A stretch of DNA of 64,000 nt, taken from the IMG/VR virus record IMGVR_UViG_2724679134_000002, one strand, 5' to 3'. Both the position numbers and the translations under genes were made by a program. The notes below the pieces were generated by a model that did no database searches, had not been told where the DNA came from, and saw nothing but the letters and a program-made list of their open reading frames with translations. Below, piece by piece: positions 49,278 through 58,518 of the stretch. The stretch's first letter is position 1, and each line of letters opens with the position of its first letter. This DNA comes from an uncultured virus (IMG/VR IMGVR_UViG_2724679134_000002) (Duplodnaviria; Heunggongvirae; Uroviricota; Caudoviricetes).

Positions 49278-49480
49278 AAATCGGACAGATAACGTTTGGG
49301 ACGCCAGAATACATTGAAGCTACGAAGCTATCTGAAAGACTAGGTCAGACGGATGAAATAATAGATAAAATTGAAACTTTAACGGAAGAACTCTTTAGAG
49401 GAGGACGATATAACATTGGGACGACTGAACAGCGAGGAAGAGTCGCTCGAACAACGCAGTTACTGTCGGATTTATTATGA
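49274..49480 (+). CDS. Small phage protein
   Basis: Coupled ORF. Confidence 0.5.
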   Translation: MKIGQITFGTPEYIEATKLSERLGQTDEIIDKIETLTEELFRGGRYNIGTTEQRGRVARTTQLLSDLL

Positions 49481-49721
49481 CGAAAGAGGTGGAAGGTGAG
49501 TGACGTATTATAGATGCTTAAAGACAAAGGTGTTTAAAAAATATAGCGGATATGATTGGACTTGCGAGGGAATGTTTGGAAAACCAAGAGTGAGAGGCAG
49601 CGATAAAAGAAAGCGATCGAAACATGAACGAACAATCCGAAAAGTGATGGATAAAAAAGAAATTAGTTATTGCATTTAAATTAATATAAAATCTGTATTT
49701 TATGAAGAGGAGTCGCGAGCT

Positions 49722-50006
49722 ATGGAGAAAATCAATGGCAGGTATAGGATTAAAATGCCTTGTCCAAAGGGAATTTCAGGGTGTGCGGTTTGTCATTATG
49801 TGTGGATAGACGAAGAAGTATATGACCAGATTCACGATTGTTATTATGATTACTATGGCAAAAAACCAGACCCAACATCTGTGGTTCAAATACATAAACA
49901 CCTGCCGAGAGATATTCATTTGTTAGCAGAAGAATGGGGATGGAATGACACAGAGGTCGGAGAAAAAATTTATAAATGGCTGAGAGAAGATTGTTGTAGG
50001 CTTTAG
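49722..50006 (+). CDS. Hypothetical protein
   Basis: GAGGAG RBS after motif 49687. Confidence 0.6.
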   Translation: MEKINGRYRIKMPCPKGISGCAVCHYVWIDEEVYDQIHDCYYDYYGKKPDPTSVVQIHKHLPRDIHLLAEEWGWNDTEVGEKIYKWLREDCCRL

Positions 50007-50113
50007 ATTGATGATCGAGTTGGCTATATGAGAGTTTCTGAGGTGAATACAATGCCACTAGTTCTTTACGGATTTGGAAGAGGAGCATAAAAAAGGGGGT
50101 TACTCCCCATTGG

Positions 50114-50347
50114 TCAAGGTTTAGTTTTGCCTGATTTGCTGAATTTATCAAGATTGATAATTGGTACGTTTGTGCCAATAACCTTGCTGAATACAAGATA
50201 AATAAAAAAACCAAAAAACGCTCCTGGAGTTCTTCCAAACATAAGAATACTTAAAGATACTAAAATAATAGCCATCATTGCATCAACAAGCAAACTTATC
50301 ATACGATGCATTTTAAAATACTCTCTTATATTTTTTAACTTGTTCAT
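50114..50347 (-). CDS. Small membrane protein
   Basis: GAGGTG RBS before MNKLKN; two hydrophobic segments. Confidence 0.55.
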   Translation of the reverse strand: MNKLKNIREYFKMHRMISLLVDAMMAIILVSLSILMFGRTPGAFFGFFIYLVFSKVIGTNVPIINLDKFSKSGKTKP

Positions 50348-50453
50348 TATGCACCTCTGGATGAAATTTATATAGAAAATCATACCATTGAAATATTAGG
50401 CGGTGCAATAAAGTTATAAGAAAAAAGGAGTAACGTTAGTCACTCCTTATAAA

Positions 50454-50672
50454 TTAATGAAATTGACCATTCATACTTTGTTGAGCTAGGCGAACTAAGC
50501 GTTTGGTTATTTCTCCACCAACTGAGCCGTTTGCACGGGAAGTAGTCTCGGCACCTAATTGAACACCAAACTCTTGAGCTATTTCGAATTTCATTTGTTC
50601 GATAGCTGAAGCTGCTTGCGGTACAACTAACTCATTATTATTGTTTGATTTTGATCTGTTTTGTTGAGGCAT
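50454..50672 (-). CDS. sspC: Alpha/beta-type small acid-soluble spore protein
   Basis: [26 protein letters not shown]. Confidence 0.95.
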   Translation of the reverse strand: MPQQNRSKSNNNNELVVPQAASAIEQMKFEIAQEFGVQLGAETTSRANGSVGGEITKRLVRLAQQSMNGQFH

Positions 50673-50716
50673 GTGATCATCTCCTAAATTAATATGTAAA
50701 CAAGCTTGTTCGATCA

Positions 50717-50745
50717 TATTATGGAGAGTTTTTCTGAGATTATGC
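50717..50745 (-). promoter_or_regulatory. Sigma-G promoter of sspC
   Basis: GCATA-17-CATAATA on the minus strand. Confidence 0.65.
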
Positions 50746-50823
50746 ATTTGATTTCAAATGAATATTGCTCGAGGATGAGTAATTGATTTCTTTAATACTA
50801 ATGTTTAATGGAAGGAGGACAAT

Positions 50824-51651
50824 ATGAAAATTGATTACGTTTCTGATCTCCATATTAACCATTGGATACCTTGGAACAACAACCAAATCAAATGGGAAAA
50901 TCGGACAAGGGAGATTGTCAGAAGGTTAATCTCAAATGGAAGTGGCGAGGTATTAATCATTGCCGGAGATTTCACTGAGTGGAATCAACAAACGTTATGG
51001 GTTCTCGAAGAAGTAGCAAAGCAATACGAGAAGGTTTACTTTACATATGGAAATCATGATCTTTACTTACTCAGTAAAAACCAAAATAGAAAATACTCAG
51101 ACTCATTAGGTAGGTTGAATGATTTAATTAAGAAGGCTGCCGACATCAAGAATGTAACTCCACTGATTAAATCAACGGATACATACAAAGGGAAAGTCTT
51201 CGCAGGAGATGTTATGTGGTATCTACCAAAAGGAAATGAAGGATGGGATTTTTTCAAAGGAGTGTCTAATGATTCAAACTATATCAGTCTTAATGGATAC
51301 AGCAAAGAAGATGGGGTAAGGGCGATGTGGAAAGAATCAATGGACTGGTATGACACTCTTGAAAACTCTCACATCGATGTATTTGTTTCACATGTCCCAC
51401 CTCTTCATAACCCATATTCACCATTTGAGCCCAACAGCTGCTATATGGTCGAATTGCCATTCATTAATGCCGAACATTGGATTTGTGGACACGATCATTT
51501 ACAAACTGAGTTTTATAAAGAAGGAACGAGCTTTCACATGAACTGCATTGGGTATCCGTATGACTATGATATGTACCCAAGAGTAAATGAAATACCAGGT
51601 AATCAAGTTGACACGTATAAAACGTTTGAATTGAAGACGTTTGAAATTTAA
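50824..51651 (+). CDS. yotB: Metallophosphoesterase
   Basis: SDLH, AGD, GNHD, SH.PP, GHDH. Confidence 0.9.
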   Translation: MKIDYVSDLHINHWIPWNNNQIKWENRTREIVRRLISNGSGEVLIIAGDFTEWNQQTLWVLEEVAKQYEKVYFTYGNHDLYLLSKNQNRKYSDSLGRLNDLIKKAADIKNVTPLIKSTDTYKGKVFAGDVMWYLPKGNEGWDFFKGVSNDSNYISLNGYSKEDGVRAMWKESMDWYDTLENSHIDVFVSHVPPLHNPYSPFEPNSCYMVELPFINAEHWICGHDHLQTEFYKEGTSFHMNCIGYPYDYDMYPRVNEIPGNQVDTYKTFELKTFEI

Positions 51652-51720
51652 TTAGTAAAGGAGGATACATCTTGTTGCATTCATTTTCGTTTAATTTTTA
51701 ATAAGAAGCTCCCTTTAAAA

Positions 51721-52002
51721 ATGATGATCAAACATTGTGAAAATGACTTCAAAATACAATTGGGTAAACCAGTAAGGCATTGGTCGTCTGGAGTTCAGGA
51801 AGAAATCGGCTTATTTTTAACCTTAAGTACAAGTCAAATCGAATTTCGTTTTTTAAATAACAATAAATTCGGGGGAGCTCTCAGAAGGGTTGAACATTTC
51901 ATAGGGAAGCAATTTAAAGGTGAAACTGTTGGAATTATTCATCATAATAACGTGGCAAGATTAAAGGAAATTCCTAAAGTGAAAATTATTAATCTGAATT
52001 AG
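51721..52002 (+). CDS. Hypothetical protein
   Basis: ORF; start uncertain. Confidence 0.4.
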   Translation: MMIKHCENDFKIQLGKPVRHWSSGVQEEIGLFLTLSTSQIEFRFLNNNKFGGALRRVEHFIGKQFKGETVGIIHHNNVARLKEIPKVKIINLN

Positions 52003-52029
52003 ATCAATAACTAAGTAAGAGGTGATTAA

Positions 52030-52260
52030 ATGGATTTTTCAAGTGTTAAAGAGGGTGACGAAATAAAATACATTGGTGAGTCTTGGGCTTACGGAGGAAC
52101 TTATACAACTGTTTCAGCAGAATCTACATACAGTAACGAAGATAACTGCCCAAAACACGAAAGAGGGCGATTGGTGATTATTGAGTTTATGAATGACGGT
52201 ACGCCAATGTTCTTCACATTAGATCAGCTTAATCCTGAAGAGTGGGAATTAGTTGATTAA
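52030..52260 (+). CDS. Small acidic protein
   Basis: GAGGTG RBS. Confidence 0.6.
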   Translation: MDFSSVKEGDEIKYIGESWAYGGTYTTVSAESTYSNEDNCPKHERGRLVIIEFMNDGTPMFFTLDQLNPEEWELVD

Positions 52261-52302
52261 TAGGTTTTTAGGTAAAATTCTAATTTTATTCAGAAAGGGG
52301 AA

Positions 52303-52554
52303 ATGATAATGGATTACACAAAACGGTTAGAAGAAAAGTACCCCAATAGAATTATTCAGTATGTAAGACAGAGGGAAGGTTTAGATGAGAAAGACACCTC
52401 CGTGGATAAAGAAATTTTAGAAATGACGAACTCAGAAGTTTTTAGAGAGGTTCTAGCGTGGAATGGTTTTCTTGGAGGATGGGATCGTACAATTAAAGAT
52501 TGGATTAAGAGCATTTATGGAATCAATCTTGATGACTTGAAAAGTGAAAATTGA
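52303..52554 (+). CDS. Small phage protein
   Basis: AAGGGG RBS; between motifs 52273 and 52556. Confidence 0.65.
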   Translation: MIMDYTKRLEEKYPNRIIQYVRQREGLDEKDTSVDKEILEMTNSEVFREVLAWNGFLGGWDRTIKDWIKSIYGINLDDLKSEN

Positions 52555-52758
52555 ATAAAATGTTGATTTCATTTAGAAAGGTGGAAACAGATTGATTGTT
52601 ACAGCATGGATTTTGTTAGTTGCATTTGGGCTTGTGTTGTTAGCAAATATTGATTCCCAAGGGGATATTAAATTTGCAGTGTATATTGGTGCATTAAAAT
52701 TTGTTTCAGTATTTATTGTTGCTATTGCAGCGGGGGTGATCTGGGGAGGGTTGTTTCA

Positions 52759-53121
52759 ATGATTGAAATTTTTAAAGATACAGAAGCTATCCATGATTTA
52801 GTTTACCATTCTAAGATTAACACGTTTGTTTGGGACGTAGAATTTGACATTGTTTTATCCGAAAGTAAGGAATTGAATAGATGTTATTTTGTGAAATACT
52901 TTAATCCGTATGGAAAAAATGGAAAGTGTGATTATACGGTTAGCTCAATAGATATATTTTCAGAAGGTAAACGACTCTTAAGCAAAAATGTATTCAATTT
53001 TAAAATTAAAAAGGCAATTCACGTTGCAACATCAAAAGACGTAACTAAAATAGTTTCACATTTAAGTAAAAGCATCAATAATCCATTTCCAATTGTAAAA
53101 GAAGTTGTTTATCTAGATTAA
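52759..53121 (+). CDS. SPbeta yot-type hypothetical protein
   Basis: GGAGG RBS. Confidence 0.6.
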   Translation: MIEIFKDTEAIHDLVYHSKINTFVWDVEFDIVLSESKELNRCYFVKYFNPYGKNGKCDYTVSSIDIFSEGKRLLSKNVFNFKIKKAIHVATSKDVTKIVSHLSKSINNPFPIVKEVVYLD

Positions 53122-53193
53122 TGCAAATAGGAACTGGATAAAATCGGTCTTTTATTTAGAGTGAAAATAAAATTAGTGGATTAGTGAAGTGCT

Positions 53194-53418
53194 TTATGAA
53201 TTGAAAATTCCAACTAATAATCCAAAGAGACTTAACACTATTGAAATGCAAAGAAAAGCCCAAATCAAAGCGGTTAAGGGATTGTTGAGTCCAATTCTTT
53301 CTTTCCATCTTATTTTAGTGGATTCAGCAGTTTTATTCTTTGCTAATTGAATATATAAAACAACATTCAGACAAAGTGAAATAACAAGCGCTGGAACTAA
53401 ATAAAGGTTCATAGTCAT
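53194..53418 (-). CDS. Small two-TM membrane protein
   Basis: GGAAGG RBS before MTMNLYL; hydrophobic. Confidence 0.5.
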   Translation of the reverse strand: MTMNLYLVPALVISLCLNVVLYIQLAKNKTAESTKIRWKERIGLNNPLTALIWAFLCISIVLSLFGLLVGIFNS

Positions 53419-53514
53419 CAACCTTCCCAGATTATTAACATTCATAACACTAATGCAAAACCAATAATAACATATCCATATTTTACCTTCAATATAGATT
53501 AGGAGAGTGATTGA

Positions 53515-54072
53515 TTGGCAACAACAAATCAAGGGAAAGTTTTTGAAGCGAACATTGAAAAATCTGCTAGAGACCAAAAGTTGTTCTTCTACAGGATTAA
53601 AGATGTTAATCCAATGTTCTTGAAAAGGGGAGCTGCAGTATCAAAAAATAAATATGATTGCTTCCTACACTTTAAGGGGTACTTGTTCCCTTTTGAGCTT
53701 AAATCAACAAAGAACAAGTCCATTTCCTTCAGTGAAAAGATTATAAAAGGACAGCAGATTAAACACTTGAAAGATGCAACACAATACCCAGACATAATCC
53801 CAGGCTTCCTGTTTCAATTTAGAGAGCCTGAGAATAAGGTTTATTTCGTACATATTGATGATTTCTTAGAATATAAAAACATAGCTGAAAATCAGTTAGA
53901 ACATACATATAAGAATAAAGTTAATAAGTCCAGTATCCCGATTGCGATATGTGAAGAGATTGGAACCGAAGTTCGCTGGATGAAAAAGAAAGTCAATTAT
54001 ACATATTACTTGAACAAGCTGTGCAATACATTGATTGAAAAAAAGATGGTAAAGAGGGGGTTATTAATATAG
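53515..54072 (+). CDS. yotM: RecU-like Holliday junction resolvase
   Basis: GKVFE, YD, FELKST, QIKHL. Confidence 0.8.
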   Translation: MATTNQGKVFEANIEKSARDQKLFFYRIKDVNPMFLKRGAAVSKNKYDCFLHFKGYLFPFELKSTKNKSISFSEKIIKGQQIKHLKDATQYPDIIPGFLFQFREPENKVYFVHIDDFLEYKNIAENQLEHTYKNKVNKSSIPIAICEEIGTEVRWMKKKVNYTYYLNKLCNTLIEKKMVKRGLLI

Positions 54073-54122
54073 AAGAAAATTGGATTCAAAAGTATTTTTT
54101 TGAAAGTTCAAGAGGTATAGAT

Positions 54123-54770
54123 ATGTATCATTACCTCTGGTTTCTTTGTGAAAGTCGAAACTTCACAAAAGAAAATGCAATTACATACACCCAACGAGTT
54201 TATGATTTGGACATATCACAAGTTATAGATAAATACCCTATTGGATGGAGTTCATGCGATATTTTCAAAAGATACGAAAAGGAAAGTAAGACCAATCGGC
54301 TCTTGGAGAATACACGAGATGAATTCAATAAAATCATAAGACCATTTTATGTAAAATTTATAGATGATTATTTTTATGATAAAGAGGATTGTTTAGATGT
54401 AAGACAAAGATGGGAGGAGATACATCATATCCATCCATTAGTTTATGGAGGAACAAATTCATTACATAATCTAATTCATTTAAGCTGTTTTAATCACAGA
54501 CTTTTACATAATAATCCACTGGAACAATTTGAATTAGAAAATCACAAGGCTCTTTGTTACCTGGGAAGCCTGTACAGTGCTCCTAACTTGAGCAATCTGT
54601 TTAAAAAGTATGACTTTCACAGGTATAAAAATAATGAAACTATTTTAAAAGCAATTGAAATGGCAGTACATAATGAAATGAGTCTATATTACGAAAAATT
54701 AGAGTTATTGGACAAACCATTCCAATCATACATTGATGACAAGTCATCATTAGGGGTGGTACATCAATGA
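54123..54770 (+). CDS. HNH endonuclease-like protein (may start at ATA 54069)
   Basis: EIHHIHPLVYGGTNSLHNLIHLSCFNHRLLH. Confidence 0.8.
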   Translation: MYHYLWFLCESRNFTKENAITYTQRVYDLDISQVIDKYPIGWSSCDIFKRYEKESKTNRLLENTRDEFNKIIRPFYVKFIDDYFYDKEDCLDVRQRWEEIHHIHPLVYGGTNSLHNLIHLSCFNHRLLHNNPLEQFELENHKALCYLGSLYSAPNLSNLFKKYDFHRYKNNETILKAIEMAVHNEMSLYYEKLELLDKPFQSYIDDKSSLGVVHQ

Positions 54771-54913
54771 GCAAACGCAGAGAATGCCCAGAGAATTACA
54801 AAGTAACTACTGAAATTACAGAGGAGGTTCAAAATTGGGTTAATGAAGTGATGTCCAGTAAAGAGTTTTATGATTTTGCAGCTACTTTAATGTACAAGTA
54901 CAAAAAAGCCTGA
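54767..54913 (+). CDS. 48-aa protein, candidate recombination directionality factor (not in ORF track)
   Basis: GGGGTGG RBS, ATGA overlap; immediately upstream of the recombinase. Confidence 0.45.
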   Translation: MSKRRECPENYKVTTEITEEVQNWVNEVMSSKEFYDFAATLMYKYKKA

Positions 54914-54917
54914 AACC

Positions 54918-54951
54918 ACAAGTATACCGTCTTAAACGATGGTATACTTGT
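54918..54951. terminator. Hairpin between early operon and recombinase gene
   Basis: ACAAGTATACCGTC-ttaaac-GATGGTATACTTGT. Confidence 0.6.
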
Positions 54952-55000
54952 TAACATATAGAGACATAAAAGATAAAACATTCTGGAGGTTGATCATTTA

Positions 55001-56698
55001 TTGCTTATATTAAATGGTGATCAAAAGTTAAGTACTGAGAAAATAATGAGCCTTATAGGAAAAATAAATGCACTTATTTATGCAAGGGTATCTACAACTG
55101 ATCAAGCTAATAAAGGATTTTCAATTGATTCACAAATTGAAAGATGTAAAGAACGAGCCATTAAGAAATTTGGTTACAAGGAAAGTGAAATAATTGTTTT
55201 AGTTGAACCGGGTGGTATGGGCGATGATCCAAATAGGCCAGCACTAAATCATGCTCTTTATTTATTAGAAAGAGGATTAGGAAAAAAGTTTATTGTTCTA
55301 CATCCTGATCGGTTAACAAGGGACAATACTTTGCAAGGTGTTGTATCACGTAGAATTTGGGGAATGGGTGTTGATATTGAATTTATAGAATTTGAAGTTA
55401 ACCCACATGATCCTGAGTCCATGCTTATGTACAATATACAGGGCTCAATCGCTCAATATAATAAAGCCAAGATCCATGCAAACTCAAAAAGGGGACGATT
55501 AGCAAAAGCTAAGAAGGGTGAGCTGCCTTCTTTTAAGAGGCTATATGGCTATAAGTTTAATACCAAAACAGATCTCCCTGAATATCATGAAGATGAAAAA
55601 GAAATACTGCTTGAAATGAAGGACATGTTAATAAATAAAAAAATGTCTTCTAATGACATAGCTAAAGAACTTTCAAGAAGAGGTGTGGCAGCTCCTAACG
55701 GCAAGACTTGGTATCAGTCAACGGTTAGCAGGATGTTGCAAAATGAGGATTATACGGGAAACTATTATTATGGAAAGTCAAAAGTTGTTCAGCTAAACGG
55801 AAAGAAAAAACAAGTTCCTACACCAAAAGAAGAATGGATATTAATTAAGATACCAGCAATGTGGGATCACCAAACAAGAGAACAAATCATAAAGCAAATG
55901 AAATTGAACTTTAAAGGAAGAAGCAGATCATCTCGTGATTACTTATTAAAAGGAAAAGCTAAGTGCGGTCGTTGTGGAGGTGCTTGCGGATCTGGCATTA
56001 CTTCAAAAACAAAATCAGGTGTTTATAAATATTATTCTTGTAGAAATAAAAATGTAAAGGGTTATCAAAATGGCAAAAAAATATGTACTTGCAAAGGTAA
56101 GAATTGGCGAGTAGATATCGTTGATGATGCATTTTGGAAATGGTTTAAAAAGCTTTTGTCCAATCCAAAGGAATTCTTAGAACAATTTTTAGTTGAAACT
56201 TCAAATGAAAAGAAAATTGAGGAGTTAGAAAATAAAAAAGAAAAGTTGGATAAGCAACTTGAAGACATTGATTCTGAAATCTCTAACTACGTTATTCTTT
56301 TTGGAAAAGGGAAGATAAATGAAGACATGTTCGATAAGATAACACAGCCTCTCGAATTGAACAAAGAACACATAAAAAATGAAATTGAAATTTTAAATTC
56401 TCACCTATCAGCAAACAAACAAGATAACGACAAAAATCAAAAATTAATTGAGTATATAAATTCGTTTTCTGAAATGATTACAAAAGACATTTCAATGCAT
56501 GAGAAGAGACAATTTCTTGATTTTTTCATTGAGAAAGTTACATTGTTCGATGATGACCATATGGAGATTGTATGGAAAGGCGCTGGATTAAATGATTCCG
56601 ACCAAGTGGATTTTCTGAACAGCGAGCAGGGAGGGGAGTTTAGTAACTCGCATAAAAGATTAAACCATATTCAAGCATATGGAAGACAAACAGCATGA
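55001..56698 (+). CDS. Large serine recombinase (prophage integrase)
   Basis: YARVST..Q, DRLTR, recombinase domain, CGRCG..YYSC Zn ribbon, coiled coil. Confidence 0.95.
   Translation: MLILNGDQKLSTEKIMSLIGKINALIYARVSTTDQANKGFSIDSQIERCKERAIKKFGYKESEIIVLVEPGGMGDDPNRPALNHALYLLERGLGKKFIVLHPDRLTRDNTLQGVVSRRIWGMGVDIEFIEFEVNPHDPESMLMYNIQGSIAQYNKAKIHANSKRGRLAKAKKGELPSFKRLYGYKFNTKTDLPEYHEDEKEILLEMKDMLINKKMSSNDIAKELSRRGVAAPNGKTWYQSTVSRMLQNEDYTGNYYYGKSKVVQLNGKKKQVPTPKEEWILIKIPAMWDHQTREQIIKQMKLNFKGRSRSSRDYLLKGKAKCGRCGGACGSGITSKTKSGVYKYYSCRNKNVKGYQNGKKICTCKGKNWRVDIVDDAFWKWFKKLLSNPKEFLEQFLVETSNEKKIEELENKKEKLDKQLEDIDSEISNYVILFGKGKINEDMFDKITQPLELNKEHIKNEIEILNSHLSANKQDNDKNQKLIEYINSFSEMITKDISMHEKRQFLDFFIEKVTLFDDDHMEIVWKGAGLNDSDQVDFLNSEQGGEFSNSHKRLNHIQAYGRQTA
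56665..56682. other. Prophage att junction within spoVK
   Basis: Inverted repeat CCATAT-tcAAgc-ATATGG centred on AA (56673-4); SpoVK similarity starts at K-H-M-E-D-K. Confidence 0.7.
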
Positions 56699-57089
56699 AT
56701 TTATTTTAATTCTTGCCGGATATTCAAGAGAAATGGACCATTTTTTATCATTAAATCCCGGACTTCAATCACGATTTCCCATTAGTATTGATTTTCCGGA
56801 TTACTCCGTATCCCAGCTGATGGATATTGCGAAACGAATGATCGCAGATAGGGAATATCAATTCAGTCAGGAAGCGGAATGGAAATTAAAAGATTACTTA
56901 ATGACGGTCAAAAGCACAACAAGCCCCGTCAAATTCAGCAACGGGCGATTTGTGAGAAATGTCATTGAAAAATCAATACGCACTCAAGCTATGAGGCTCT
57001 TAATGGGAGATCAATACTTAAAAAGCGACTTGATGACAATAAAAAGCCAGGATCTCACAATAAAAGAAGAGGTGCCGGGCACAGGATAG
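56673..57089 (+). pseudogene. spoVK: 3' part of spoVK (AAA+ sporulation ATPase), interrupted by the prophage
   Basis: KHMEDKQHEFILILAGY..NPGLQSRF..FPDY..NGRFVRN; upstream of hflX as in B. subtilis. Confidence 0.92.
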
Positions 57090-57239
57090 ACCTCTCGCCA
57101 CAGGGAGGTCTGTTTGTTTACTCTTTTTTAGCTGTATATGTGCCATATAAAGCCGAAATATCAAGTGATTTGTGGTATACGCCTGATCGGTTTGGTATGA
57201 TAATACTACTGCCCATTACGTAAAGAAAGGAACATCCAT

Positions 57240-58502
57240 TTGAATGAACAAGAACTGATACAAGAAAAGGCAATATTAGTTGGCTGCCAACTGCCTCATA
57301 TCTCAGACGAGCATTTTGACAATTCTCTTGCGGAGCTTGCCTCCCTTACGAAAACAGCAGAAGGGACGGTATTGACCAGTGTCACGCAAAAAAGAAACAG
57401 GGCTGACGCAGCCACTTATATAGGAAAGGGGAAAGTGGAAGAACTCAAAGCGTTGTGCGAAGAGCTGTCAGCAGATCTTTTGATTTTTAATGACGAGCTA
57501 TCGCCAAGCCAATTAAAATCGCTGGCTACCGCCATTGAAGTGAAAATCATTGACCGCACCCAATTAATACTGGATATTTTCGCAAAAAGGGCCAAAACAA
57601 GAGAAGGAAAACTTCAAATAGAATTAGCCCAGCTGCAATACGCGCTTCCAAGACTGAGCGGACAAGGTATTAATCTCTCCAGACAAGGAGGAGGCATCGG
57701 GGCAAGAGGGCCGGGTGAAACAAAGCTGGAAACAGACCGCCGTCATATTAGAAATCGCATTCACGAAATAAACACCCAATTGACTGCGGTTACCCGACAC
57801 AGAAGCCGATACCGGGATAGAAGAAAGAAAAACGGAGTCCTTCAGCTTGCTTTGGTCGGATATACCAACGCCGGAAAATCCACTTGGTTCAATCGTCTGA
57901 CCAGCGCTGACAGCTATGAAGAGGATCTTTTGTTTGCGACGCTTGATCCGATGACGAGAAAAATGGTGCTGCCAAGCGGCTACAGTGTGCTGCTGTCGGA
58001 TACGGTAGGGTTTATACAAGATCTGCCGACGACATTAATTGCGGCATTCAGATCGACGCTTGAGGAAGTGAAGGAAGCCGATGTTATTTTGCATGTCATT
58101 GATTCCTCAAACGAGGATTACACAGGCCATGAAAAAACCGTTATTCGGCTATTGGAGGAGCTCAAAGCAGACGATATTCCGATTCTGACAGCTTACAACA
58201 AACGAGACCAAAAACTGCCCGACTTCATCCCGTCAACCGGAAAACATCATATTATGCTCAGTGCCAGAATCGAAGATGATGCTGCGAGATTTAAAGAAAA
58301 CATAGAAAAGTATTTGCGGGAAGAGCTTTTAACGTCGTATACGGCTAGAGTTCCGGCGGATGAAGGAAAGCTGATTGCCAGAATTAAATCAGAAACAATG
58401 GTTGAACGCACTCATTTTAATGAAGAAAATGAATGGTATGAAATCTCAGGATATGTACAAGCCGAACAAAATATATCAGGTGAACTGAAGAAGTACATGT
58501 AA
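57240..58502 (+). CDS. hflX: GTPase HflX (YnbA)
   Basis: [22 protein letters not shown]. Confidence 0.97.
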   Translation: MNEQELIQEKAILVGCQLPHISDEHFDNSLAELASLTKTAEGTVLTSVTQKRNRADAATYIGKGKVEELKALCEELSADLLIFNDELSPSQLKSLATAIEVKIIDRTQLILDIFAKRAKTREGKLQIELAQLQYALPRLSGQGINLSRQGGGIGARGPGETKLETDRRHIRNRIHEINTQLTAVTRHRSRYRDRRKKNGVLQLALVGYTNAGKSTWFNRLTSADSYEEDLLFATLDPMTRKMVLPSGYSVLLSDTVGFIQDLPTTLIAAFRSTLEEVKEADVILHVIDSSNEDYTGHEKTVIRLLEELKADDIPILTAYNKRDQKLPDFIPSTGKHHIMLSARIEDDAARFKENIEKYLREELLTSYTARVPADEGKLIARIKSETMVERTHFNEENEWYEISGYVQAEQNISGELKKYM

Positions 58503-58518
58503 GAAAGGAATACAGAAA

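Larger units (their letters stand above)
5958..53154. repeat. Dispersed palindromic junction motif TAAAA-N6-TTTTA (16 bp)
   Basis: Perfect copies start at 5958, 8240, 9084, 10290, 10507, 11820, 12292, 13355, 15302, 15899, 17091, 21392, 33884, 34367, 34518, 34761, 37260, 38465, 38860, 45741, 48164, 49687, 52273, 53139; near-perfect at 9492, 16310, 37604, ~37909, 39508, 44417, 52556. Confidence 0.9.
1..56674. mobile_element. SPbeta-like prophage (early/right arm) integrated in spoVK; other end lies outside the window
   Basis: Gene order yop-yoq-yor-yos-yot as in SPbeta/phi3T; ends in a large serine recombinase abutting the 3' part of spoVK; host genes resume after ~56675. Confidence 0.95.

Noticed and set aside
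5958..53154. Junction repeats as a CRISPR array or IS ends
   Set aside because: Arms are only 5 bp, spacing is gene-sized and irregular, and no cas or transposase genes are seen
56679..57089. Stand-alone 136-aa gene
   Set aside because: It is the C-terminal part of SpoVK and lacks the Walker A/B region
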